Positions 19,734 to 31,950 of a stretch of 42,774 bases of DNA are shown piece after piece (the stretch's first letter is position 1; every line of letters starts with the position of its first letter). The stretch lies in the NCBI GenBank assembly GCA_007126515.1, contig SLBD01000099.1:1-42774 (forward strand), given 5' to 3'. This stretch comes from Kiritimatiellia bacterium. Its GTDB lineage: Bacteria; Verrucomicrobiota; Kiritimatiellia; SLAD01. Made by a program: the position numbers and the translations under genes. Under the pieces are notes generated by a model. The model was not told the DNA's origin. It ran no database searches and was given only the letters and a program-made list of their open reading frames with translations.

Positions 19734-20891
19734 CTAACACGCCTCTGCCCCAGCGGCATACAAAAGATGCTTTTGACGCAACTGCCGAAATTCAGCAATA
19801 GAGGGCAACCAAGCCGCGCGAATCATGTCGGGGGATTGCTGAGCCAACAATGCCTCTCGAACCTGGTCTGTACCCATCAATTTATCAAACCAGTCTGGGC
19901 GAACGCCCTCAACCGACCAAATTTGATTGGATCCATGCAATCGCATGAGTTCGTATACGATCACGATACTGGCATAGATCGGTTGACAGGTTGATACATC
20001 CAGCACCTGCAATTCAATGCCCTCTTCTCGGCCACTCGCCTCATTCTTATGAATTGCACATTTCATGCCGGGCAATTGATGAGAGTTGAGAGCTTCGATC
20101 ATGGCTGCTGTCTTCAGCCAATCCGCTCGCAAAATGCGAAAGGCCCAGTCGGTCGACCGAGCGCAATCCAGATGAGGCAGGGCTTCAGTAAATACAGAGA
20201 CAGGAAAGCATGCCGCACATTGCCATGACCGAATAGCGGGTGATGGTGGAACCCATGTTGGCCAACATTCTGTCATTGTCATCGTCCGCTCATAGTCGGC
20301 TGGAATGACTACGAGATCCACGTTGAGCTGCAAGGCCTCAACGATCCAACGGGCTGTTTCGCCGGGAGTCATGCCATAGACCAAGGGGACCTCTATCGGA
20401 GCCACTACGGACCTGAAGGCACTGTCCAGCATGGGCCCGTCAATGCAACGCGACCAAGGAACGGCCCGGTCCGTCACAATCACACGTCCAGACTTTTTGG
20501 CAACGGTCTCCAACACTTGTCGCAGGGTATGCAAATAGGTGTAGCAACGCACTGCCAAATCTTGCAAATCGATAACCACCACATCCATCTCGGCCAATGC
20601 CTGCAGCCCTGGACGGACATCGCCATACAACGAATAGACTGGAATTCCCCATTCAGGGTGCGTCGCATCACATACTGAAATACCAGCCCCCGCGCTGCCC
20701 CAAAAACCGTGCTCAGGCCCAAGCAAGCACCGCAAACGATCCCCGACTCGATGTCGTAGCAAATTGGCTGATTGCAGCCCCTGCTGATTGACACTGGCGG
20801 GATGACAAACCAATCCGACATCTCCCGCCAACAGACGATCGCAATCATCGCTCGCCAAAAGCTGATTCATCCCTGTGCGATACGCTTTCAT
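19734..20891 (-). CDS. DUF1343/NamZ-family exo-beta-N-acetylmuramidase
   Basis: GPEHG, SLYG, DLQDLAVRCYTY, GMTPGE, WVPPSP, FDKLMGTD, C-terminal LLY. Confidence 0.88.
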   Translation of the reverse strand: MKAYRTGMNQLLASDDCDRLLAGDVGLVCHPASVNQQGLQSANLLRHRVGDRLRCLLGPEHGFWGSAGAGISVCDATHPEWGIPVYSLYGDVRPGLQALAEMDVVVIDLQDLAVRCYTYLHTLRQVLETVAKKSGRVIVTDRAVPWSRCIDGPMLDSAFRSVVAPIEVPLVYGMTPGETARWIVEALQLNVDLVVIPADYERTMTMTECWPTWVPPSPAIRSWQCAACFPVSVFTEALPHLDCARSTDWAFRILRADWLKTAAMIEALNSHQLPGMKCAIHKNEASGREEGIELQVLDVSTCQPIYASIVIVYELMRLHGSNQIWSVEGVRPDWFDKLMGTDQVREALLAQQSPDMIRAAWLPSIAEFRQLRQKHLLYAAGAEAC

Positions 20892-20894
20892 CGG

Positions 20895-22037
20895 TCAGCC
20901 CATATCCACCCAACGCTTCGCGCGTAAACGGAATCGGCGCTCTGTCTCGAATTGCTGCTCGGCCGGAGGCGGCTGGCTTTGTTGCGGTAAAGCAATTGCG
21001 CGCAGATCTTTCATCACAAGCAGGCCAACGATATCTCGATCCACGAATACGGGGAACACTTCTTGGTTAAGGGCAGAAAGCTCCCAAATCGACTCATGCA
21101 GAGCCATGTTTGGGCTGACGCTCATATATCGCTGGATCATATGGCGTCCGATCCATTCGTCGGGGCCGCGTTCTTTGAGGACAGCCATCCATACTGAGGC
21201 CGGCAACAACCCGCGCAACGAGCCATCCACACCTTCGACGATGAAATGCTCGTGGCCATCCTGATGATACGCTTCCAAACAGCTTCGGACCGCATCGATC
21301 CCTCGAACTCGCCCAAAGTTTCGCCGCATTAGATCCGCCACTGTATAGGGTCGAAGAGCTTCTTTAATCTGTACATTTCGATATTCGCCCCCAGCCCCCA
21401 AAAAGATGAAAACCCCGATCAATGCCAGGAAAGGATTCCATCGCATCCCCAGGACAACAAAAAGGACCGCGACGACTCTGCCTGCGCCTGTAGCCCACGC
21501 CGTTGCCGTCGTGTAGGAAAAGCACATCGCCAGCAGCGCCCGCAGCACTCGTCCGCCATCCATTGGAAAAGCTGGCACCATATTAAACACAACGAGAGCT
21601 AGGTTCGCTCGGATGAGCCAGTCCATTAGTTCGCGTATTGACTGCGGAATCAGCGGAGCTTCTATAAGGTCAGGAAACCCCAAAAGGGGCACCATGATCA
21701 GCAAAATAACAATATTCACAGCGGGCCCCGCCACTGCAATCAATAACTCTTGCCACGGAGTGTCGGGGATTGATCGCATGGCGGCGACACCACCAATGGG
21801 TAATAACGTAATGCTCGTGACCTCAACTCCAAACTGCAAAGCCACCACACTATGGCCCAGTTCATGCAGAATCACACAGGAAAACAGTAGTACGATCATG
21901 CCAATCGCCCACAGACTGGCAGACCATCCGGCATATTGCCATCCCAGCCAAGCCATCCAGGCAATAATCAAGAAAAAGGTGGAATGAATTCCAATTCGGA
22001 TGCCAAGGACGCGGCCGAGTGGGATGGCTCCCTTCAT
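20895..22037 (-). CDS. Site-2 protease (M50) with C-terminal CBS-like domains
   Basis: HELGH, AGPAVN, FNMVPAFPMDGGR. Confidence 0.93.
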   Translation of the reverse strand: MKGAIPLGRVLGIRIGIHSTFFLIIAWMAWLGWQYAGWSASLWAIGMIVLLFSCVILHELGHSVVALQFGVEVTSITLLPIGGVAAMRSIPDTPWQELLIAVAGPAVNIVILLIMVPLLGFPDLIEAPLIPQSIRELMDWLIRANLALVVFNMVPAFPMDGGRVLRALLAMCFSYTTATAWATGAGRVVAVLFVVLGMRWNPFLALIGVFIFLGAGGEYRNVQIKEALRPYTVADLMRRNFGRVRGIDAVRSCLEAYHQDGHEHFIVEGVDGSLRGLLPASVWMAVLKERGPDEWIGRHMIQRYMSVSPNMALHESIWELSALNQEVFPVFVDRDIVGLLVMKDLRAIALPQQSQPPPAEQQFETERRFRLRAKRWVDMG

Positions 22038-23272
22038 GATGAGGGCAAATCCAGGCCGTTGCAGACCGTGTGTTGATGCAAAGCTGCAGTTACGCCCATC
22101 AGTAACATCAACACCATGAAAATAACGCTATTCCCAAAGTTATACTCAATCAACCCATTGACCATTAAGCCTGTGAACGCCGCCACACCGCCGAGCGCGA
22201 TCACTGCATGAATGGGGGGCCCTTGACGATATCGAATACCACTACGTGCCAGCATGAGCCACGTCAGCAGCATCCAATACAACCACACAGCTCCCCCTAA
22301 CCAACCGGCATCGACTGTCACCTGCAGGAGATTGTTATGCAAATGATTCAAGCCGGGCTGAACATAGTGTGGGGTCACTTGGGCAAAATCCGCATGTTCT
22401 AGGCTCCGGAATCCCGCGCCGACAGGGAATTGACGGATCAACTCCGGCGCCACTTCAGTCCACAACACCATACGCCCGCCTGTGCGCAGATTGAACTCTT
22501 CATGCAATAGATTTACGCGATCACGCACCTGTGGAAAGACCATCGAGAATGCCAATCCGAACATCAGATATCCGAGCAGCCGATAGCGACGTGTCAAGCC
22601 AGCCAGGACCAATATCGACACGGCTAACGAGATCCAAACACCCCGCTTAAAATGAAGCACGACTCCGAGCAGATTTATAGCGCTCGCTCCAATCAACAGC
22701 CATCGATTACTGCGGATTGGGCGATACAGCCAGAGTGCCAGCACGAACGAAAAGCTGACAAGATACAGTTGCGGGTCTCGCATATTGCCGGTGTCATAGA
22801 GGGCGATGCCTTGCCGCACTTGCAGCGGAATTCGAATCAAATCCCACAATCCCAAACAGGTGGCTCCCGCCACAAATGCCAACAGCGGCATCAGAATAGA
22901 TTCATGCAAACGATTGGCTCTCAAATCGAACGCTGCTGGAATTATGAATATCAAGACGCTCAGAAGCAGTCTGCGCGAGCGCGGAATGCTGTAAGCTGGC
23001 GAGGGCCCCATCCACGCCGCAAGTAGCATGAGCAGGATAAAACTCAACACAGGCCAAAAGAATGGGTTCGCGAAGATCGAACGGTCTCGACGCCAGATGA
23101 ATATGCAAATGCCCAAGGGAATGGCCAAATAAGCCAGCGGTTGGGCAATCGAGATCGATATTGGTAGTGTAAAAGCAAAGCAGATCAAAAGATGTCGCAA
23201 TATCGCGGTACCCGTCCGATCCAATTTATGTGCGTCAACATTCATGCTATCGATGCACCCAGAAGCGTACAT
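22034..23272 (-). CDS. O-antigen ligase (Wzy_C/WaaL-like) family membrane protein
   Basis: Multiple TMs, KRGVW, R-x-x-x-W loop, GAG, HLHNNLLQ. Confidence 0.85.
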   Translation of the reverse strand: MYASGCIDSMNVDAHKLDRTGTAILRHLLICFAFTLPISISIAQPLAYLAIPLGICIFIWRRDRSIFANPFFWPVLSFILLMLLAAWMGPSPAYSIPRSRRLLLSVLIFIIPAAFDLRANRLHESILMPLLAFVAGATCLGLWDLIRIPLQVRQGIALYDTGNMRDPQLYLVSFSFVLALWLYRPIRSNRWLLIGASAINLLGVVLHFKRGVWISLAVSILVLAGLTRRYRLLGYLMFGLAFSMVFPQVRDRVNLLHEEFNLRTGGRMVLWTEVAPELIRQFPVGAGFRSLEHADFAQVTPHYVQPGLNHLHNNLLQVTVDAGWLGGAVWLYWMLLTWLMLARSGIRYRQGPPIHAVIALGGVAAFTGLMVNGLIEYNFGNSVIFMVLMLLMGVTAALHQHTVCNGLDLPSS

Positions 23273-24888
23273 CAGCGCGGGTGACGGATTCGTTCTACCA
23301 AATCATCTCCACTTCCGGCTATGGCAAAGTTTGGATCCCCCAAATAGCGGCGAACAATCCCGCGCGTGTCCAGGCCTGTCATTTCTAAGCGATGAATAGG
23401 ATCATCAGCCAACCGCCTGACTACAGGGAACCGTCCACCTCCTGAGGCCAACACGTAACTATTGAGCGCCACCCGAATTCGTCGCCGAGGATGAATCGGT
23501 GTGCCATCTGCCCACCGAACATTCCTCACCCGCTCACCCGCAACAGCATACTCATGCAGCTCATACTGGATGCCAAAAACCCCCATAAACTGGGAACTGC
23601 GGATTAAATCAGCATTTTGTTCAAGGATTTCGCGGATCTCTCCAACCGTAAGCTGCAGAATTCCGATCTGATTCTCATAAGGAACAATGCGACGCAGATC
23701 CCTCTCGAGCATGTCCCCTTGCGCCAATGACTCATCCACTAATGTCCCATGCAGAACTACATCTGCTCCTGTCACATGGGCAATGGCGGAACATAACAAT
23801 TGCTGAATGCCAGACTGCCCCACCGTCCTCGACCGATGACTTAAAGGCTCTGGAAGCGAACCAATAACCTCGCTTGCCGCTTGCTCTGCCTGACGAAGCT
23901 CTGTTTCCAAATAGGTTCGTAATCCTTCGTGCTGTGGCACCTGCTCATCCACATAGGTAAGCGTGGCTGATCGTTCTGTCACACGTCGCTGAACCGTATC
24001 AAAGGTCATTTCGACCTTGCCAATCCAAATTCCAAAATAACCGGACTGAGTGTACAAAATCCCGTTGACTGTGGCGCTTTCGATCGGTTGATGACTGTGC
24101 CCGCCAATAATCAAATCCATTTCAGGGAAGTGGCGGGCAATCCGATTGATTTGATTCGCGGCGCTATCACCGAAAGGGCGATAGCCTTGATGAGCAATCA
24201 AGATCATCACATCTGGCCGCTCCGCACGCACCTGCGGCAGAACCCGTTGCAACGCAGTAACCGAGTCTTCCACCACCACATCCCCGAGCAAATGCGGTCG
24301 GCTCCAGGTGGGAATCGCATCGGTCGTCAATCCAATCAACGCAATCCGAATTCCGTCGATCTGCCGAATCACATAAGGTTGCACAGAAGGCAACGGATTC
24401 GATCGGCCCGGTCGACTTCCAATATTGGCGGCCAAAACAGGCACCGTAGACTCTCCAACCGCACCCGACAACACCCCGAGTCCCCAGTCAAATTCATGAT
24501 TGCCCAACACCCAAGCATCATACCCCAACCAGGCCAAGGCCCGATTCATGATTCGCCCACGCGTCAAATAACTCTCAATCGCCCCTTGGTATAAATCTCC
24601 CGCATCCACCAGCAAGAAATTGGGATGAGTTTCGCGCCATTCTTCAATGAAGGTGGCACAGCGCAATAGGCCACCCACATTTTCAGTGCCATCGTAATCG
24701 CGCGCCCCCCACACATGGCCGTGCAGATCTGTGGTATGCGCAATCACCAACGAAACCTGCCTTGCCATCACTGGCGTTGATCCACCCCAGAGCAACAGCC
24801 CGATGAGCAGTGTTCCCCAAAAGATGATCACAGCGTCGCCCTCCCACAGGATTCGACACTGCGACAGGAACTTTGGGGGAGTTCGCAT
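23272..24888 (-). CDS. Bifunctional metallophosphoesterase/5'-nucleotidase
   Basis: TDLHG, DAGD, GNHEFD, GGHSH, PYEN; N-terminal signal/TM. Confidence 0.92.
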   Translation of the reverse strand: MRTPPKFLSQCRILWEGDAVIIFWGTLLIGLLLWGGSTPVMARQVSLVIAHTTDLHGHVWGARDYDGTENVGGLLRCATFIEEWRETHPNFLLVDAGDLYQGAIESYLTRGRIMNRALAWLGYDAWVLGNHEFDWGLGVLSGAVGESTVPVLAANIGSRPGRSNPLPSVQPYVIRQIDGIRIALIGLTTDAIPTWSRPHLLGDVVVEDSVTALQRVLPQVRAERPDVMILIAHQGYRPFGDSAANQINRIARHFPEMDLIIGGHSHQPIESATVNGILYTQSGYFGIWIGKVEMTFDTVQRRVTERSATLTYVDEQVPQHEGLRTYLETELRQAEQAASEVIGSLPEPLSHRSRTVGQSGIQQLLCSAIAHVTGADVVLHGTLVDESLAQGDMLERDLRRIVPYENQIGILQLTVGEIREILEQNADLIRSSQFMGVFGIQYELHEYAVAGERVRNVRWADGTPIHPRRRIRVALNSYVLASGGGRFPVVRRLADDPIHRLEMTGLDTRGIVRRYLGDPNFAIAGSGDDLVERIRHPR

Positions 24889-24897
24889 GGGGAGAGA

Positions 24898-26154
<1,257 letters not shown>

Positions 26155-26174
26155 GATCCATCCTTTCTGCCGAA

Positions 26175-26801
26175 CTATTCAGCAGACGCTTTATCATTCT
26201 TTGCTTTGCTCTTCGCCACAACTTCATCGACTAATCCGTACGCCTTGGACTCGTCAGAACTCATAAAGAAATCGCGTTCCGTGTCGCGAGCAATATCTTC
26301 CACTGATTTACCCGTATGATGAGCCAAGATTCCATTCAATGTATCACGCAACCGGAGAATCTCCTTCGCTTGAATACTAATATCTGATGCTTGCCCCTGC
26401 ACCCCTCCCCACGGCTGATGAATCATGATTCGAGCATTCGGGAGCGCGTACCGCTTTCCTGCCGCTCCTGCAGCCAACAAAACCGCTCCCATACTCGCAG
26501 CCTGGCCAACGCAATAGGTCGTCACATCGCATTTCAGGAACTGCATCGTATCATAGATTGCCAAACCAGCAGTCACAGAGCCGCCCGGAGAATTAATGTA
26601 TAGATTGATATCTTTGCCGGCATCTTCGCCCTGCAAAAACAACATTTGGGCAATAATTAAATTGGCCACATCATCATTGATTGCAGTTCCGATGAAAATA
26701 ATCCGCTCTTTCAACAGACGCGAAAAAATATCAAATGCCCGCTCGCCGCGGCTTGTCTGCTCCACCACCATTGGGACTAAAACTTGACTTACTTCTGTCA
26801 T
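26175..26801 (-). CDS. clpP: ATP-dependent Clp protease proteolytic subunit
   Basis: YINSPGG, GQAASMG, MIHQP. Confidence 0.98.
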   Translation of the reverse strand: MTEVSQVLVPMVVEQTSRGERAFDIFSRLLKERIIFIGTAINDDVANLIIAQMLFLQGEDAGKDINLYINSPGGSVTAGLAIYDTMQFLKCDVTTYCVGQAASMGAVLLAAGAAGKRYALPNARIMIHQPWGGVQGQASDISIQAKEILRLRDTLNGILAHHTGKSVEDIARDTERDFFMSSDESKAYGLVDEVVAKSKAKNDKASAE

Positions 26802-26814
26802 CGTACTTCCTCCA

Positions 26815-28116
26815 TTAAGACTCTGAAATATCGGCCTTTTCCATCAAGTAATCAATCGTCATGGATCGCCGCAGTTCCTTTTCGATGCCCGGCATCGCCT
26901 CTCGCTTTTTCAGTTCCTGACGAAATTCATCCGGCTTCATACCGTATCGCCTCGCCAATAAATCAATATGCGAATTCAATTGCGACGCAGACACTGTGAT
27001 GTTCTCTTTCTCGGCAATCCGATCGAGAACAAACTGTGCCTTCACACGACCTTCGGCATTGCGATTGGCCATTTCCACAATTTCATCTTTTTTCTCGATC
27101 AACTGTTCTTCCGACACACCGCGACTGGAGTTGTCCCGGAGAATATCTTGTATGATACCACGCGCCTCGCCAGACACAACCGTCTCTGGCAAATCACATT
27201 CAACCCCCTTCAACAATTGATCCACCAACTCATTGCGGAGCCGCCCCGTTTCGCGCTGTTGGGCTGATTCTTCCAAATCAGCGCGGATTTTGGCGCGCAA
27301 ATCTTCCTCATTCTCCACTCCTAGGCGTTCGAAGAAGGCTGCGTCAATCGGAGGTACAACTTTCGACCGAATCCCTTTCACAGTCACAAAGTAGGTTGCC
27401 TTCTTTCCGGCTAACGAAGAAGCAGCAAAGTCAGAGGGGAAATCGACCAAGATTTGATGCTTCGCGCCCACGTCCAGGCCAACCAAGCCATCCGCAAACT
27501 CGGGCAAAAAGGCATTCTCATCGGCTCGCACCCAGAAGTCGTCCCTCTTCCCCAGCCCCTTGGCATCTTCACCCAGATCTTCAATGGATTGCCCATCGAC
27601 CACGCCTTCGTAGTCTATTTGAACCAGATCGCCCTTCTCCACACTGCGACCGTCGACTTCATCAAACGAAGCAAATTGATCCGCAATGCCCTGAATCGTC
27701 TCATCTACCTTGGCCTCATCCACCTCAATGGCGTTGCGCTTCAGCTTCACACCTTCATAGGCAGGCAAGTCAAACTCAGGCGCCACTTCGACCGTAACAG
27801 AAAACGAAAGTGGTGTCCCGGGCTCCGCAGTGGGCTCTTTAAGATCAATAATATGTACGACTTCGACCCCATGCTCTTTCAGCGCCCCTTGATATCCTTC
27901 AGCCACCAAGCGGTCTCGAATATCTTCCAAAATGTTTTTGGCATACCGATTTTCCACCATCTTCACGGGAGCTTTACCCGGGCGAAATCCTTTAATGCGC
28001 GCCACAGAAGCATATTCTTTCAAGCTCTTCGCATATTCGGAATCCACACGTTCCGCAGACCACTCAATCTGCAACGTCTTGCGGCATGTACCCGCATCTT
28101 CAATTGTCACATTCAT
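26815..28116 (-). CDS. tig: Trigger factor
   Basis: GFRPGKAP signature, FKBP-like domain, position upstream of clpPX. Confidence 0.96.
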   Translation of the reverse strand: MNVTIEDAGTCRKTLQIEWSAERVDSEYAKSLKEYASVARIKGFRPGKAPVKMVENRYAKNILEDIRDRLVAEGYQGALKEHGVEVVHIIDLKEPTAEPGTPLSFSVTVEVAPEFDLPAYEGVKLKRNAIEVDEAKVDETIQGIADQFASFDEVDGRSVEKGDLVQIDYEGVVDGQSIEDLGEDAKGLGKRDDFWVRADENAFLPEFADGLVGLDVGAKHQILVDFPSDFAASSLAGKKATYFVTVKGIRSKVVPPIDAAFFERLGVENEEDLRAKIRADLEESAQQRETGRLRNELVDQLLKGVECDLPETVVSGEARGIIQDILRDNSSRGVSEEQLIEKKDEIVEMANRNAEGRVKAQFVLDRIAEKENITVSASQLNSHIDLLARRYGMKPDEFRQELKKREAMPGIEKELRRSMTIDYLMEKADISES

Positions 28117-28174
28117 TCTTTATCCTTTCCATAGCACGCCCACCCGACTTCTCTTGGGGTAGCAAAAGGGCGGT

Positions 28175-28203
28175 ACGATAGTCCGCCGTAGCTGGTAGGT
28201 CAA
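28175..28203 (-). promoter_or_regulatory. Putative tig-clpP-clpX promoter
   Basis: Minus strand TTGACC, 17 bp, TATCGT. Confidence 0.55.
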
Positions 28204-28275
28204 GAATTGCCGTGAAAACTGATTGCCATCTGCGACCAATTTGGTAGGTTGCGCATGGAAATGAAAGGGATACCT

Positions 28276-28785
28276 ATGAACCGGAATATGCTGTCGTGCT
28301 TACCACTATTCACCTTGTTGATGCTACCCGCGCTGGTGATGGCTTCGATTGATCCTCGGGATGTCCCCGCAGATGTTCCGACCCGCTTGGAATTCGAAGA
28401 AAAATACGAATGGACAGCTCTGCACTGGGCCGTTCGACGTGGGCAAGTCGAAAATGTCCGCAATCTAATCAATCGAGAAGACATCGAAGCCAGAGATTTC
28501 CAAGGACGCACCCCATTACACATTGCGGTGCTATCAGGGCATGATGCTCTTGTAGAGTTATTATTGAGAAATGGAGCCAATGTGAACGCCCGCGACCAGT
28601 GGGAAGTCACTCCACTGCGGCGCGCGGAATTGGTATCAGAAATCCGTGGATGGGATCGCGCACAAATCAAAGCGATCCTGAAAGAACATGGCGGCATCTC
28701 CGATCAGATCAAGCCGAGTCGAGATATCTTCGCAGACGAAGATATAGATTACGAACCGGATGCAGATCTTGATCCCATTAAATAA
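28276..28785 (+). CDS. Exported ankyrin-repeat protein
   Basis: Signal peptide; WTALHWA, GRTPLHIA...LLLRNGANVN, VTPLRRA; start uncertain (28255-28288). Confidence 0.85.
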   Translation: MNRNMLSCLPLFTLLMLPALVMASIDPRDVPADVPTRLEFEEKYEWTALHWAVRRGQVENVRNLINREDIEARDFQGRTPLHIAVLSGHDALVELLLRNGANVNARDQWEVTPLRRAELVSEIRGWDRAQIKAILKEHGGISDQIKPSRDIFADEDIDYEPDADLDPIK

Positions 28786-28821
28786 GTACAGCTGAACCGC
28801 TTTTCAGCATCAACCAGCAAT

Positions 28822-29769
28822 CTATCGAATCAAGTGGATGAGCCGTTGTTCGGCACCGTCCCTCTCGATCTCAATGACGACGGCATTAAGATTCCCACGT
28901 AAGAATTCACCGATAAAGTATTCTGCGCGGGCGGGACTAATCATGGGCATCGAATTCACCATACGGACGATATCCCCATCCTGAAAGCCGGCCGCTTCGT
29001 ACAATTCGTTTTCGCCCAGCATGTCCAACACAAATCCTTGGATTTCGTCATTCTGATCTAGAGCCGGTTGCATGGCCATCAGCAAAGCCGTCAAACGTTC
29101 AGGATCCTCCTGAATCTCATCTGCATACTCAAGCAACAACTCGCGCTGCATAATCCAGCGATCATCACCGATCCGCCGTCCAAAACGATTTTCTTCAAGC
29201 GTCGGCATATCCTCGAATCGGAGGGGGACTGGTGAATCCATCTGCGGAGCCGCAGCCAATTCCCGAGGATGATCCTGCGAATCAAACTCTGTAAAACTGA
29301 GGAATAATTCTTCCTCACCACGATGATCTCGCAAAACAATTGAATCCCGCTCGATTGTAACCACACGTACATCACCCAGTTTCTGGCCGTCCCTGACCAA
29401 ATGCTGTCGGCCGACGGTTACATCATCCAGAATCGCCCGGCGCCCAGCATCCGCGGCAGAAAAAGTATCGCCACTGTAAGCAGAGAACGTTCCAGCCAAA
29501 CGGAATCGTTCAGCCAAAGAAATTTCTGTATCGAGCGGCACCGCCGAATGGGGCCGACGAAATACATCCCAAGCGGCATCGACCAATGGTACAGGCGGCG
29601 GAATATCTGCACGATAAGAGACATCCTCCTCTGTAACCTCTGGTGAAATTGACAACACCCATCTCAGCCCGCTAAATAGCAGTATCGAAATCAAAATGAC
29701 TATGCTCACCGCGGCAACGGGCGCATATCGGCTGATTCGATGTATGGATAATTCTACCGCTCTCATCAT
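28822..29769 (-). CDS. gspC: T2SS protein GspC-like (TM + HR + PDZ-like)
   Basis: N-terminal TM; RLAGT...RAIL...GQKLGDVRVVTIERDSIVL (HR domain); GFQDGDIVRMVN (PDZ-like). Confidence 0.75.
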   Translation of the reverse strand: MMRAVELSIHRISRYAPVAAVSIVILISILLFSGLRWVLSISPEVTEEDVSYRADIPPPVPLVDAAWDVFRRPHSAVPLDTEISLAERFRLAGTFSAYSGDTFSAADAGRRAILDDVTVGRQHLVRDGQKLGDVRVVTIERDSIVLRDHRGEEELFLSFTEFDSQDHPRELAAAPQMDSPVPLRFEDMPTLEENRFGRRIGDDRWIMQRELLLEYADEIQEDPERLTALLMAMQPALDQNDEIQGFVLDMLGENELYEAAGFQDGDIVRMVNSMPMISPARAEYFIGEFLRGNLNAVVIEIERDGAEQRLIHLIR

Positions 29770-29794
29770 TGCCTACATTAGCTATGGGCTTATT

Positions 29795-30230
29795 GGTTGA
29801 GGATGGCTATAAGCCGGATTCTGTACCCGCAAGCGGGCGCTAGTCATTTATCTATGCAATCAACCCGGAACTGATCTGCGATAGCAGAATCGAGACGGGC
29901 CGCCTCCAGTTCCCTATTTGATCTTGCTCCAGATGGGGTTTACCCTGCCCCTTTCGTTGCCTCCAGGGCGGTGGTCTCTTACACCCCCTTTTCACCCTTA
30001 TCCCGATGCCGACTTCTCAGCCAGATCAGGACGGTATTTTTTCTGTGGCACTTTCCGTCCCCTTCGATATTGCAAAGGGTCCTTTCGTTATTGGCGAAAG
30101 CATCCTGCCCTGTGGAGTCCGGACTTTCCTCCCCGTCCCCGATCGCTGGCACATCCCCAAAAACTTTACTCATGGTAAATAAGGAACTACCACCGATCGG
30201 GGACGGAGCGACTAGCCGCCATCCTCAACC
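29795..30230 (-). ncRNA. rnpB: RNase P RNA (type A)
   Basis: Minus strand has GAGGAAAGTCCGGACTCC, GGAAAGTGCCACAGAAA, GGTAAACCCC, ACAGAATCCGGCTTA; P1 is formed by GGTTGAGGATGGC/GCCATCCTCAACC. Confidence 0.97.
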
Positions 30231-30247
30231 TTGTGAATCATACCCGA

Positions 30248-30952
30248 TTAAGGGATGTAATACAATAGGCGACCGCAGTACATGCACAATGTCATGTCGT
30301 CCAATCGCCGAGCATCATGAGCCGCCTGAGGTGGCAATTTCATGTGACAGCCACCGCATGTGTTGTTCTCAACCTCAACCAAGGCGTAATCACCCACGTG
30401 TTGAAAGATACGATCATATCGCTGTAGCCAGGTTGGATCGACATCACGGGCCAACTCAGCGCGATTTTGTTGCACCTCTTCCAACTCCCGGGCAATGTTG
30501 TCAGAGCGCTGTTGGAACAACTCCAGTTCGCCGGCAACAACCTTTTCTTCGTCCTTCAACGAAGCTAATTTTTCATCACGGATCTTCTGTAATCCCTCAA
30601 TTTCTTCCATTAACACCAAATCTCGATCTTCAACGTCAGAAATTTCCTGGTTCAATGTGGCAATTTGATGCTCAAAGGCGCGATAATCATCATTATTCTT
30701 CACCTCGAATTGCTGTTGTCGAAACTTACGGATACGCTCTTGGCGCTGCTCAATTTGCGCTTCCAAGTCTTTTTGCTCTAGAGACTTCTTACGGATAGCA
30801 TCTTCGGCCTCATCATGCGCTTTACGAAATGCATCCAGTTGCGCCTCGATCAATTGCTTGCGCTTTGGCAAGTCCTTAATTTCTTGCTCTAAGCGTCTAA
30901 TTTTTCGGTCCCGATCCTGGATTACCAGTAGTTTCTCAACGTTCGAAGACAC
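30248..30952 (-). CDS. Coiled-coil + C4 zinc-ribbon protein (DUF164, CT398/CdsZ-like)
   Basis: Long coiled coil then CGGCHM...CMYCGRLLY; GTG start with AGGAGG. Confidence 0.92.
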   Translation of the reverse strand: MSSNVEKLLVIQDRDRKIRRLEQEIKDLPKRKQLIEAQLDAFRKAHDEAEDAIRKKSLEQKDLEAQIEQRQERIRKFRQQQFEVKNNDDYRAFEHQIATLNQEISDVEDRDLVLMEEIEGLQKIRDEKLASLKDEEKVVAGELELFQQRSDNIARELEEVQQNRAELARDVDPTWLQRYDRIFQHVGDYALVEVENNTCGGCHMKLPPQAAHDARRLDDMTLCMYCGRLLYYIP

Positions 30953-31000
30953 AGGTCCTCCTTGACATCATCGTGATTATTGCGCGTGCTACTCCGGCAG

Positions 31001-31029
31001 ACTGTAGGGATGGGGTGAATCCAAGTCAA
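31001..31029 (-). promoter_or_regulatory. Putative promoter for the zinc-ribbon gene/rnpB
   Basis: Minus strand TTGACT, 17 bp, TACAGT. Confidence 0.55.
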
Positions 31030-31061
31030 CCGCAAGATGAATAGATCGAACCTAGTCAATC

Positions 31062-31943
31062 TCATCCGAACAACTCACCGAACGGCGGTAAGCGGACTCC
31101 CGTCCAGTCTGGGTGGGCAGCGATATCTCCTTGCTGCTCCACGACATGTCCCTTTCGAACCTGGAATCGGATATCAGCGTCCAACCCCGATGTAGCAGTA
31201 TGATGAGACAAACAAAAATCGGGCGTTCGATCAAAAAGCCACTCGGGAGAGGCGAACTCGCTGCGGCTCTCTGATAGCTGCTCCCCCCCCCACCCGTCAC
31301 CAATTTGATCTGCAGGCGCAGAGCACTGCCACGCCCGCATCAATGATTCCTGAATCTCTTGAATCGACACCCCCGTGCGACAACTCGAAAGGTTTTTGAC
31401 CCGCGCTCGCACCGAGGCCGTCGCCTTGGTTTCGATCCGCCATTCTTCAGAAGGCCGCAACGCCTGCCGCAACGACTCAATGTCTGCATCCACCAATAAC
31501 GTGCCATGATGCAGGACCGCGTGCTTTCGCATGCAGAAAGCATGACCCGATATTTTATACCCCTCCACATAGAGGCTGGTTCGATCAACACGAGTGGCAG
31601 GAATGCCAAGATGCCGCAACGCCTTCACTGTTCGCTCAAACACCTGATCGGTGTCATATGTCTCTCTGGGAAGAAATACAGCATAGTTCAGATTACCCAG
31701 ATCATGGTACACAGCCCCCCCGCCCGAAATCCTCCGAGCCAAGCAGACATTTTGTCGGGCCATCCAGTCGAGATTACATTCTCTCCAAGGATTTTGATTT
31801 TTCCCAATAATGACAGCAGGACGGCTACGCCAAAAAAACAGAAGCGGAGAAGAAGAAGGTTCGATTTTGGATAGCAGCTGCGCTTCTGCCGCCAAATTCC
31901 AATACGGATCCAATTCTGTTGAGATCAAGGCATGGCAAGGCAT
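31062..31943 (-). CDS. lplA: Lipoate-protein ligase A family
   Basis: NLAAE, IGKNQNPWRE, RRISGGGAVYHDLGN, KISG, HHGTLL; start re-called. Confidence 0.92.
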   Translation of the reverse strand: MPCHALISTELDPYWNLAAEAQLLSKIEPSSSPLLFFWRSRPAVIIGKNQNPWRECNLDWMARQNVCLARRISGGGAVYHDLGNLNYAVFLPRETYDTDQVFERTVKALRHLGIPATRVDRTSLYVEGYKISGHAFCMRKHAVLHHGTLLVDADIESLRQALRPSEEWRIETKATASVRARVKNLSSCRTGVSIQEIQESLMRAWQCSAPADQIGDGWGGEQLSESRSEFASPEWLFDRTPDFCLSHHTATSGLDADIRFQVRKGHVVEQQGDIAAHPDWTGVRLPPFGELFG

Positions 31944-31950
31944 GGCATCC

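Noticed and set aside
28792-28809. Hairpin GCTGAA/TTCAGC between the ankyrin gene and gspC as a terminator
   Set aside because: Only a 6-bp stem with no U-tract; too weak to call
29918-30798. ORFs 29971..30798, 29918..30178 and 29979..30173
   Set aside because: Shadow ORFs overlapping rnpB and the zinc-ribbon gene, with no protein-like features
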